From: a virus
Virus record (IMG/VR): IMGVR_UViG_3300034069_001196
Coordinates: 1 to 64,000 of that record
DNA length: 64,000 bases
Reading direction: 5' to 3' (one strand)
Positions 8,854-15,490 of this stretch are shown here, piece by piece (positions within the stretch are counted from its first letter, which is position 1; each line of letters opens with the position of its first letter). A model generated the notes under the pieces. The model ran no database searches, was not told the DNA's origin, and worked only from the letters and a program-made list of their open reading frames with translations. Both the position numbers and the translations under genes were made by a program.

Positions 8854-9095
8854 GACTGCGACGGAAGCCCAAGAGTTTCGAGTGCGTCAGCCATCTGCTG
8901 AGCGTCTGCTCGCAAGCGAGCGGCTTGAGCGCGAAGCTCGTCAGCACGTTGGACCAGGTTGCTGACCTCGGCATCGAGGTAATCAGCCTGATTCCGGCGC
9001 GACTTCACCTCGCGATGGAGAAGCGCGTGCGCCTGATTCGACCAGGAGCTATAGCTGCCCTTCTCTGCGAGATAGCCTTCGATGTCCTGAGCCAT
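8850..9095 (-). CDS. hypothetical coiled-coil protein
   Basis: 81-aa ORF, translationally coupled to terS. Confidence 0.5.
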   Translation of the reverse strand: MAQDIEGYLAEKGSYSSWSNQAHALLHREVKSRRNQADYLDAEVSNLVQRADELRAQAARLRADAQQMADALETLGLPSQS

Positions 9096-9100
9096 GGGCG

Positions 9101-9436
9101 CTACTCGTCACTCACTTCGGCGTGGATGCGCTGCGCACGGGCAGCAGCGGTCTTTCGGCTGTGACATGCACCGCATAAAGCCATGCCATTGGCCGGATCC
9201 AGCAGGGCCCCGCCGTCCCGGCGCTCGATGACGTGATCGGCGAACAAACGATTGGTCGAGCCCGACGCGCTGCACTTCTCGCATTTGAAGCCGGCCCGCC
9301 GCATGACTTCGCTCCGCCACCGGCGATGCGCCTCGGTCGAGATCTCGGCGTCCTTGACCTTCTTTGGCGGGATGACGGTGCGGAACTCCGCCGCCTTCAG
9401 CCGGGGCTTCAGGAATTGCACGCGCGCCATCATCAC
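9101..9436 (-). CDS. HNH endonuclease (terminase-associated type)
   Basis: CEKCSASGSTNRLFADHVIERRDGG...CGACHSRKT. Its position directly upstream of the terminase genes is typical of cos-type HK97-like phages. Confidence 0.85.
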   Translation of the reverse strand: MMMARVQFLKPRLKAAEFRTVIPPKKVKDAEISTEAHRRWRSEVMRRAGFKCEKCSASGSTNRLFADHVIERRDGGALLDPANGMALCGACHSRKTAAARAQRIHAEVSDE

Positions 9437-9593
9437 ATCCTAATTCGCGCCGCTGTTCGGCCGCTGGCCTGCGACCGGGCTTCGGTCCCTGAGCCGCGCA
9501 CGGCGCAGCATCGGTTCCTCGCGCTCTCCCAATTGGCTCCGATGCGGGCCAGGGGGCATGCCACAGACGCTTAACGCGCGGCCCGCATCGAAC

Positions 9594-9664
9594 TGGCACC
9601 GGCCCAAGGAGTCGAACCCTGATCGCGGGCTTTGGAGACCCGCTTGCGCCCTGCGCTGGCCGAT
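9594..9664 (-). tRNA. tRNA-like gene, anticodon CCA (Trp), atypically short D-arm
   Basis: Hand fold of the minus strand. Acceptor ATCGGCC/GGCCGGT. Anticodon arm GCGGGT-CTCCAAA-GCCCGC. T-arm CAGGG-TTCGACT-CCTTG. Encoded GCCA end. Only 15 nt are available for the D-arm (GCGC-AGG-GCGC). Confidence 0.45.
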
Positions 9665-9667
9665 AAT

Positions 9668-9751
9668 TGGTGAGGGGAGCAGGGCTCGAACCCGCCTTGC
9701 CATAGGCGCCGGATTTACAGTCCGGTGGACGTCCGCCCGTCCATTCCCCTC
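9668..9751 (-). tRNA. tRNA-Tyr (GTA), class II with long variable arm
   Basis: Hand fold. Acceptor GAGGGGA/TCCCCTC. D stem GGAC/GTCC. Anticodon arm CCGGA-CTGTAAA-TCCGG. Long variable arm. T-arm GCGGG-TTCGAGC-CCTGC. Encoded ACCA. Confidence 0.8.
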
Positions 9752-9901
9752 GAAGCTCGCCCGGCTCCCCTCCCCTGAAAGAGGAGGGGTTCATCAGGCC
9801 CGCCGACTGCCTGGCGCCCGGCTTTGCACGACAGGGAGAAGCGGACGCTCCCCTACCCCTATCGCCAGCACGCCCGTCGGGCGCCCGCACGGCATCTCGA
9901 A

Positions 9902-10081
9902 TTAGATCCGGAACCCTTTCCCGCAATGCCGGCACTCCAATCGCTCGAAGTGCTGCGGAACGCGGTCCTTGGTATCCGTGTAGTCGTGGAAGTCGTCGTA
10001 ATCGCCTTTGCCGACGCTCGCCATGCAGACGGCGCGCTGGGAAAGCCGGAATGCAGCCAGGAACACGATCAGCAGGCGCAT
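9902..10081 (-). CDS. hypothetical small protein (59 aa; below the ORF-track cutoff)
   Basis: MRLLIVFLAAFRLSQRAVCMASVGKGDYDDFHDYTDTKDRVPQHFERLECRHCGKGFRI. About 83% G/C at third codon positions by hand count. Confidence 0.5.
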   Translation of the reverse strand: MRLLIVFLAAFRLSQRAVCMASVGKGDYDDFHDYTDTKDRVPQHFERLECRHCGKGFRI

Positions 10082-10106
10082 GGCGACGATCCGAACTTGG
10101 TTGCGA

Positions 10107-10328
10107 TCAAGCCGACTCAGCCGATTTCAGCATGGTCGGCGGCACCCACACACACTGCAGTGTGCCGTTGTGCATCCACGACACCTCAACCTGCGGAAAC
10201 TCTGTCCGCCAGCAAATCGCCGTGACCATGCCTACCGTCTGATCGTCGTCGCCAATCAGGACGCGGTCACCCAGCGCGAAAACGGACTCGTAAGTGGTCG
10301 AGCGCTGAGTTGCCGTGCCCTTCATCAT
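10107..10328 (-). CDS. hypothetical protein
   Basis: 73-aa ORF between tRNA genes. Protein-like composition. Confidence 0.55.
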   Translation of the reverse strand: MMKGTATQRSTTYESVFALGDRVLIGDDDQTVGMVTAICWRTEFPQVEVSWMHNGTLQCVWVPPTMLKSAESA

Positions 10329-10347
10329 GGTTCCTATGTCAGCAAAT

Positions 10348-10424
10348 TGGTTGCGGGGGTCGGATTCGAACCGACGACCTCTTGGTTATGAGCCAAGCGC
10401 GCTACCGGACTGCGCTACCCCACG
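10348..10424 (-). tRNA. tRNA-Met (CAT), initiator-like with divergent anticodon stem
   Basis: CGTGGGGTAGCGCAGTCCGGTAGCGCGCTTGGCTCATAACCAAGAGGTCGTCGGTTCGAATCCGACCCCCGCAACCA. Has a C1xA72 mismatch. The 3' half nearly matches my recollection of bacterial tRNA-fMet. The anticodon stem is CTTGG/CCAAG, so only 2 of the 3 canonical G:C pairs are present. Confidence 0.85.
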
Positions 10425-10430
10425 GTGAAC

Positions 10431-10631
10431 CTAATAGTTGTCCGCGCCCTCGAAGCGCGCTTCCATCTTCTTCTGATGGATCTGTTGGCGCCCCTGATTG
10501 ATCGCCATCTTCGCCTGCATCACGGCTGAAACAGCCGTCGAGTAGGCGGGATGAGCCTGCAAAGCCTCGATCCGATGAATCAGGCTATCGAGGTCATTGG
10601 CGATGATCGCAACCTGCCGATCGTAATCCAT
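10431..10631 (-). CDS. hypothetical protein
   Basis: 66-aa helical ORF; the start codon of the neighbouring small ORF abuts it. Confidence 0.5.
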   Translation of the reverse strand: MDYDRQVAIIANDLDSLIHRIEALQAHPAYSTAVSAVMQAKMAINQGRQQIHQKKMEARFEGADNY

Positions 10632-10632
10632 G

Positions 10633-10797
10633 TCAGTTCGCCTTCACCTCGTCGGCCGCCACCGGAGCCGCGGCCGCAGCCTTCACGAGCCGCTCGATCA
10701 TCTGCTCGACGTCGGCAACGACCTCGAAGATCGTCTTGTCCGGGTGCGTGCGCCGGATCTCGTCGAACAGGAGACGGACGAAAGCGGAGGTGTTCAT
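10633..10797 (-). CDS. hypothetical protein
   Basis: Internal ATG at 10797 (MNTSAFVRLLFDEIRRTHPDK...) chosen over the longer ORF. Confidence 0.45.
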   Translation of the reverse strand: MNTSAFVRLLFDEIRRTHPDKTIFEVVADVEQMIERLVKAAAAAPVAADEVKAN

Positions 10798-10990
10798 GAG
10801 GGGCGTCCCCGGCGCCAATTCGAGGCGCAATTCGCGGTGTGCTCAAAACGTACCGAGCGACCCGCAATTGCGCAAATGGGCTTTTTCCAATTCGTTGAAT
10901 TTATTTTGTCCGGATCGGCCAAGGGCGCAATTAAATTCAAAGGGCTAATTCCGACAATTGCTACAGGCGGTCGCAGGGTACGCAGGCACG

Positions 10991-11019
10991 AAAAAGGCCG
11001 CCCTCCGGAGAGAGCGGCC
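10991..11019 (-). terminator. Rho-independent terminator after the zinc-ribbon HNH gene
   Basis: Minus strand: GGCCGC-TCTCTCCGGAGG-GCGGCC followed by TTTTT, about 25 nt after the stop at 11046. Confidence 0.6.
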
Positions 11020-11045
11020 CTAGCCGAGCAGCGGCGATTTGACGG

Positions 11046-12002
11046 TCAGATCGGCGGCGGCAGGCCGCGTCGGCGCCAGAATTTGATATGCGGGAACGGA
11101 TGATCGCCCTTTGCCACATTGCACAGACGGCAGAGGCACTGGACGTTCGAATAGGCGTGATCGCCGCCGGCCAATAGCGGAACGATGTGATCTATCTCGG
11201 GAGCGTCGGGCTGGAATGTGCCGCGATGTGACGGCGGCGTGTAGGTACAGCAGATCGCGCAGCGCCATTCGGCAGCCTCGAACACGCGACGCTCCAAGAC
11301 CATTTCGATCTTCATCGGGCGGCCACCCGACCGCTTCTTCGCGACGTGCATAGCTTTTCTGGCACGGGCAACTGCCGCCTCACATTCTTCGCAATAGATC
11401 CTCGGACGGCGAGTGCCGCGACGCGGAAACGTTACGCCGCACAACCTGCAGTCACTCTCTGGTGCCGCAACTGAGACATATCTAAGCCTAGCCGCTAGAA
11501 GTCGGCAGTCGTCACCGCACCACTTCTTGGCGCGTTCCGGCAGCGCTCCTCCGCACACTGCGCAGGGCCTGAGTTTCGGCGGGGATCGCCTCATCGCAGC
11601 CGCGCACGCCTTCGAGCATGCCCTCTGCACGTAGCCATCTGATCCTTGCGGAGGATCAAGCCGAGCCGGGATGAAAGTCTTGCCGCAATGGCCACACGCT
11701 CGGCGACGAGCTTCGCGAGCCTCGGCGTGCGCCGACCTAACATTCCGGGCGGCGTTGATCCGCACGCACTCTGGGCTGCAACAACTCGCAACATTCTGCC
11801 TACTTTCGAATTTCGAGCCGCAGACTTTGCAGGTGAAGCTCTTGAGTGCCCGCACCTGCTGCCGCCTCACCGCCTTCCGGCAGTCGGCGCCACAACACTG
11901 GGGGGAGCGGCCACGTGCCGGCCTCATGAAGCTGAAGGGCGTGGCGCAAACCCGGCAATCTGCCGTCATAACCCCGTCGTCACATTGGAATTGGCTGCTC
12001 AT
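11046..12002 (-). CDS. HNH endonuclease with about five N-terminal CxxC...CxxxC zinc-ribbon repeats
   Basis: Repeated units such as CRVCATPF..CCGADC, CKVCGSKF..CCSPEC, CGHCGKTF..CSKAC, CAVCGG..CGDDC, CRLCGVTF..CEEC. C-terminus is EIDHIVPLLAGGDHAYSNVQCLCRLCNVAKGDH. Confidence 0.8.
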   Translation of the reverse strand: MSSQFQCDDGVMTADCRVCATPFSFMRPARGRSPQCCGADCRKAVRRQQVRALKSFTCKVCGSKFESRQNVASCCSPECVRINAARNVRSAHAEAREARRRACGHCGKTFIPARLDPPQGSDGYVQRACSKACAAAMRRSPPKLRPCAVCGGALPERAKKWCGDDCRLLAARLRYVSVAAPESDCRLCGVTFPRRGTRRPRIYCEECEAAVARARKAMHVAKKRSGGRPMKIEMVLERRVFEAAEWRCAICCTYTPPSHRGTFQPDAPEIDHIVPLLAGGDHAYSNVQCLCRLCNVAKGDHPFPHIKFWRRRGLPPPI

Positions 12003-12159
12003 TGGCGGACCGACTGCAATTTCCGAATAACACCAATTTCGCGGATAAATTGGAGTTGCGCCAGCGATTCGCCCGAGGAATTTCGATTTGTTTTTTGGGC
12101 CGGCTCAAAGAAAAAACCCATAAGTGAGCCCATGTGCGGGCCAGCGCTCCCAGCGGCCA

Positions 12160-12462
12160 CAGTCTTTCCCCTACCCCTCCCCTATGGGATGGCATGCCCA
12201 ATCCGTGCGGCCGTGCGTGCTGTATAGGCGCGAGCGTATGGGCGTGCTGATAGCGGGACGGGGACGAGCTCCCCTTGGCTATGGCGTGCCTTTGCTGAGG
12301 GGCTGAGGCCTTGTGCTGGCCTATGGGGGTGAGGCTGAGGGGTGAGCTCTCGCCTTTGGTGCGGCCGCTATGGCGTGGCGTGGCGCGTCGAGGGGCGCGA
12401 CCTGGCCGGCTCGATCGAGGGGCGCGGCGTCGAGGCGGGCCCGGCTCAGCGTCGAGGCGTGG
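12160..12462 (+). repeat. non-coding iteron-like direct repeats
   Basis: CTATGG(C/G)GTG-like motif at about 12182, 12237, 12279, 12321 and 12368, all in the same orientation, 42-55 nt apart. CGTCGAGG(G/C)G-like motif occurs 4 times between about 12386 and 12458. ORFs here are Arg/Gly-rich junk. Confidence 0.5.
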
Positions 12463-12543
12463 CGCAATTTGGCGGCATTCGTGCAATTCCGTGATTTTTG
12501 GAATTGACGGATTTCCGCAATTGCCTATTCTGGAATTCCCAAC

Positions 12544-12562
12544 GCGCCCGGATTGTCGGGCC
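12544..12562 (+). promoter_or_regulatory. conserved stem-loop (GCCCG-GATTGT-CGGGC) 13 nt upstream of the start codon
   Basis: GCGCCCGGATTGTCGGGCC. Related to the 14454 and 15460 copies, with a compensatory G:C to C:G swap in the stem. Confidence 0.55.
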
Positions 12563-12575
12563 TGGAGATTCTCAA

Positions 12576-12779
12576 ATGACTCATCCCGCTTTCCGCGCCG
12601 GCTACGTGGCCGCTCTCGCACGCATCGTTGCCATGGTGCGCGATGGCGCGTCTCCGGCAGACGTGGCCGCCTTCATCCGCTCGCTTGGCATTCTCCGCGC
12701 CAGTGTCGCCCGTGCCGTTATCGGCATGGCGGCCGATGGCACCTATGCGGCCGCCGTTGTTCCTATGCTGGCCGATTGA
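12576..12779 (+). CDS. hypothetical protein (67 aa)
   Basis: ATG at 12576 after GGAGA. MTHPAFRAGYVAALARIVAMVRDGASPADV... Confidence 0.55.
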   Translation: MTHPAFRAGYVAALARIVAMVRDGASPADVAAFIRSLGILRASVARAVIGMAADGTYAAAVVPMLAD

Positions 12780-12809
12780 GCCGGGCCGCATTCCCCTCCC
12801 CTCGCATCC
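12771..12809 (+). repeat. repeated intergenic element copy 1 (hairpin with ATTGAGC loop, then C-rich tract)
   Basis: GCCGATTGAGCCGGGCCGCATTCCCCTCCCCTCGCATCC begins at the stop codon of the preceding gene. Near-identical to the copy at 13036. Confidence 0.6.
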
Positions 12810-12823
12810 CCGGAGTCGCCGTC

Positions 12824-13045
12824 ATGTCCAATTCCTTCGCCAGCAAATTCGAAACGGTCGGCGCCGAATTGGCCCATCTCGTTTTCATTCTTCCGGACGA
12901 TGCTCTTACGTATCACCGTGACCTTCTCGACTTGTGGGAGCGTGTTATGGCGCGCCCGTTCCCGCCGACGGTCGCCCATCAGGGCGGTCTCTATTCCGCA
13001 ATTCGCGATTGCGTTGCCTACCTTTCCGCTCGCTTGCCCGATTGA
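12824..13045 (+). CDS. hypothetical protein (73 aa)
   Basis: ATG at 12824. MSNSFASKFETVGAELAHLVFILPDDALTYHRDLLDLWERV... Confidence 0.55.
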   Translation: MSNSFASKFETVGAELAHLVFILPDDALTYHRDLLDLWERVMARPFPPTVAHQGGLYSAIRDCVAYLSARLPD

Positions 13046-13077
13046 GCCGGGCCGCCCTTCCCTTTCCCTCGCATTCC
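13036..13077 (+). repeat. repeated intergenic element copy 2
   Basis: GCCCGATTGAGCCGGGCCGCCCTTCCCTTTCCCTCGCATTCC. The stem GCCCG/CGGGC flanks the loop ATTGAGC. Confidence 0.6.
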
Positions 13078-13090
13078 GAAAGTCACGCTG

Positions 13091-13303
13091 ATGTACGTCT
13101 CCTATGTCGTTCAAATCGAGTCGCACGATGGCGCGTTTCGCGTCTACTCGCAGCACCATAAGGCCTTGCCGGCCGTGCGTTCGGCGGCGCGTGCGCACCG
13201 TCGGCTCCGTCCTAACTCGATCCGCATTTGGTGCGCTGAGGACAACCGCGGTTGGTCGCCCGATGGATTTAGCGCCGCCGTCGAGCGTGGCGACTACGTC
13301 TAA
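13091..13303 (+). CDS. hypothetical protein (70 aa)
   Basis: ORF MYVSYVVQIESHDGAFRVYSQHHKALPAV..., directly after repeat copy 2. Confidence 0.55.
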   Translation: MYVSYVVQIESHDGAFRVYSQHHKALPAVRSAARAHRRLRPNSIRIWCAEDNRGWSPDGFSAAVERGDYV

Positions 13304-13334
13304 TCTCATCCCTCGCAATTCAGGAATTCCGCAA

Positions 13335-14261
13335 ATGGCCATGCATCCCCTTAGCCTTTCCGCTCTCCGGACCTACCAGTCCGCAGGCAAAGCCCGGCTC
13401 GCGCCGTATCCTGTCGCCGATGCCGCATTTGACTATGCGGGCGCGGTGGAATTCCAGGAGTCGGAACCGGCCGGACTCTATGCGTCGCCGTGTGAGATGG
13501 TTCGCCGTAGCATGCGGGCGAAGGCTCGCGACCTTCTCGCCGTGTGCCGCAGAATGCGCCGTGACATGGCGGGGGGCGCGTGGCGCGGCGAAGGTCCGCC
13601 GATGGCTCTAGCGGCCGCTCAAGCTGATCTGTGGAAGGCTCGCGACTATCGCCGGGCATTCTATGATGCGGCCGCGGACCATGCGATTGCAGCCATCGAG
13701 TCCGCTCTCGACGTCTCCGGAGAGGCCGAGCCGGATGCGCCCGCCATGGCGTCACCCTACAGCGTCGCCAATTTCCCGCATTTTGTCTGTCACCATGGCA
13801 ATTGGGATATTTGGGCGAACGGCTCCGGATACTGCGCTTCCATCCCAACGGCGCATGGTGCCGCCATTGGCTGCAAAGCAACGCATTTCGGCGACTTGGC
13901 CTATGTGCGCGCAACGCTAGGCGTCACTGTCATGGTCCCGCAGGTCGCACAGCAACCGCAAGCAAAGGCACGGGGCCCGGCTCGCGGCGAACGGCGCTAC
14001 GTCACGGTACGGGACACAGAAACCGGTGAAGTCCATCGCGTGCTTACCTCAGTCGCCCGCGTAGGCGCCGCCGTGATCATTTTCACGCCCTCGAACCGTC
14101 ACCGGCAAGGCGCTATCGGCGGAATGCTCATCATTCATGACGACGTCCGCAAGGCTTGGGTTTTCAATGATGAGAGCGAGGCGCGGCGGATGCTCTCGCG
14201 CAACCGGGCACCGGGCGAGCGGACGATTCGCGCGGAGCTCATTGCGGATCCGGCTCAATGA
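13335..14261 (+). CDS. hypothetical protein (308 aa)
   Basis: Internal ATG at 13335 (MAMHPLSLSALRTYQSAGK...) in the 13104 ORF. No family recognised. Confidence 0.6.
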   Translation: MAMHPLSLSALRTYQSAGKARLAPYPVADAAFDYAGAVEFQESEPAGLYASPCEMVRRSMRAKARDLLAVCRRMRRDMAGGAWRGEGPPMALAAAQADLWKARDYRRAFYDAAADHAIAAIESALDVSGEAEPDAPAMASPYSVANFPHFVCHHGNWDIWANGSGYCASIPTAHGAAIGCKATHFGDLAYVRATLGVTVMVPQVAQQPQAKARGPARGERRYVTVRDTETGEVHRVLTSVARVGAAVIIFTPSNRHRQGAIGGMLIIHDDVRKAWVFNDESEARRMLSRNRAPGERTIRAELIADPAQ

Positions 14262-14453
14262 CGGGTCCGGACCTTCTCCGCCTTCTCGCCGTGGCGCTAT
14301 GGGTCGCAGGCGCCGCGTTCTATGCCGCGCGTGCGGCGCGCTAGGCGAATTCAATTTAATTCCGAGAATTCTACCGAAATACGGATTTCGCTATTGCGTT
14401 ATTCCCGTATTTCGGCAATTCTCATTTCAGCGGCGGGGTTCGCCGCTTCTCTC

Positions 14454-14472
14454 GCGCCGGGATTGTCCGGCC
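14454..14472 (+). promoter_or_regulatory. conserved stem-loop (GCCGG-GATTGT-CCGGC) 15 nt upstream of the ardA start
   Basis: GCGCCGGGATTGTCCGGCC, identical to the copy at 15460. Confidence 0.55.
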
Positions 14473-14487
14473 ATAGGAATCGCTCTC

Positions 14488-15063
14488 ATGTCCGACCTTC
14501 GTTTCTATGCCGCGTGCCTCGCCTCCTACAACGCTGGCACGCTTCACGGCGCTTGGATCGATGCCAGCGACGACGTTGACGCAATGGCGGCCGATATTGC
14601 TACCATGCTCCTCGCCTCGCCGTTCCCGAATGTCACCGTCGAGCATCCGGAGACAGGCGAGTCGGTCCCATCCGCTGAGGAATTCGCCATCCACGATTAT
14701 GACGGCATCCCGTCGAGCCTTGGCGAATATCCGTCGCTGCAGTCCATCGCCGATTATGTCGAATTGATCGAGGCGGCTGAGGAACGTGGGCTTGAGTCCG
14801 ATGTCGTCGCGGCCGTGGTCTCTCATTTTTGCGGCGACGTTGCCGAAGCAAAGGACGCGATCGAGGACAAATATCACGGCGCCTTCGATAGCCTCACTGA
14901 CTATGCCGCCGACTACGTCGAGTCCGCCGACATGCTCCACGGCGTTCCCGACACTATCGCCCGTTATTTCGACTTCGAGTCGTTCGGCCGCGACCTGGAG
15001 CTCGGCGGAGACATCTACACAATCCGCGTCGACGGCACGCTTCACGTTTTCAGCGGCCATTGA
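14488..15063 (+). CDS. ardA: ArdA-family antirestriction protein (DNA mimic, anti type I R-M)
   Basis: FYAACLASYNAGTLHGAWIDA, EEFAIHDYDGIP and YFDFESFGRDLELGGDIYTIRVDGTLHVF match ArdA blocks as I recall them from Tn916 Orf18. Acidic, 191 aa. Confidence 0.85.
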   Translation: MSDLRFYAACLASYNAGTLHGAWIDASDDVDAMAADIATMLLASPFPNVTVEHPETGESVPSAEEFAIHDYDGIPSSLGEYPSLQSIADYVELIEAAEERGLESDVVAAVVSHFCGDVAEAKDAIEDKYHGAFDSLTDYAADYVESADMLHGVPDTIARYFDFESFGRDLELGGDIYTIRVDGTLHVFSGH

Positions 15064-15065
15064 TC

Positions 15066-15164
15066 ATGCGCGCCGCCCTTTTCCTCGCCGCTGAGGCTTT
15101 CGCCTTTGTCGCTTTCACGGCCGCCATTTGCGGCGCCGTGCTCATCCTGGGAGTCATGCTGTGA
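15066..15164 (+). CDS. possible 32-aa membrane peptide
   Basis: MRAALFLAAEAFAFVAFTAAICGAVLILGVML. GTGA overlap with the next gene. Too short for certainty. Confidence 0.3.
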   Translation: MRAALFLAAEAFAFVAFTAAICGAVLILGVML

Positions 15165-15400
15165 TTGGCGCCGTCCACCCTTACAGCGCGGCCGATACCG
15201 TCGAGGCGGCGCATTGGCTCTCGTATATCGCGACCGTGCGCGAGGCGGTTTGCTCGAACCCATATGCCGGTGTCGCTGAGGTCGACGCCGCAACCGTCGA
15301 GGCAATCGACAAGCTACAGCGTCGCGGCGTGATTTCGTTCGCCGCGGCGGCCCTCCTAGGCGAGATATTCGATATTCCTGCCGACCACGCTTTTGCGTGA
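15161..15400 (+). CDS. hypothetical protein
   Basis: GTG at 15161 overlapping the upstream stop. VIGAVHPYSAADTVEAAHWLSYIATVREAV... Confidence 0.45.
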   Translation: MIGAVHPYSAADTVEAAHWLSYIATVREAVCSNPYAGVAEVDAATVEAIDKLQRRGVISFAAAALLGEIFDIPADHAFA

Positions 15401-15459
15401 CGCGCCCCAACTGTCCGGGATTTCCGGGCAGTTCAGCCGCCTCATGATGAGCGGACCAT

Positions 15460-15478
15460 GCGCCGGGATTGTCCGGCC
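15460..15478 (+). promoter_or_regulatory. conserved stem-loop (GCCGG-GATTGT-CCGGC) 12 nt upstream of the start codon
   Basis: GCGCCGGGATTGTCCGGCC. A related CCGGGATTTCCGGG lies at about 15413. Confidence 0.55.
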
Positions 15479-15490
15479 GGAGTTTAGACC

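Noticed and set aside
9437-9593. Possible additional tRNA upstream of the Trp-like gene.
   Set aside because: There is a 10-bp inverted repeat and a UUCG-type hairpin, but I could not build an acceptor stem or a T-arm in either orientation.
9108-9935. 275-aa minus-strand ORF covering the tRNA region.
   Set aside because: It overlaps the HNH gene out of frame and runs through two tRNA genes. Its composition is junk-like.
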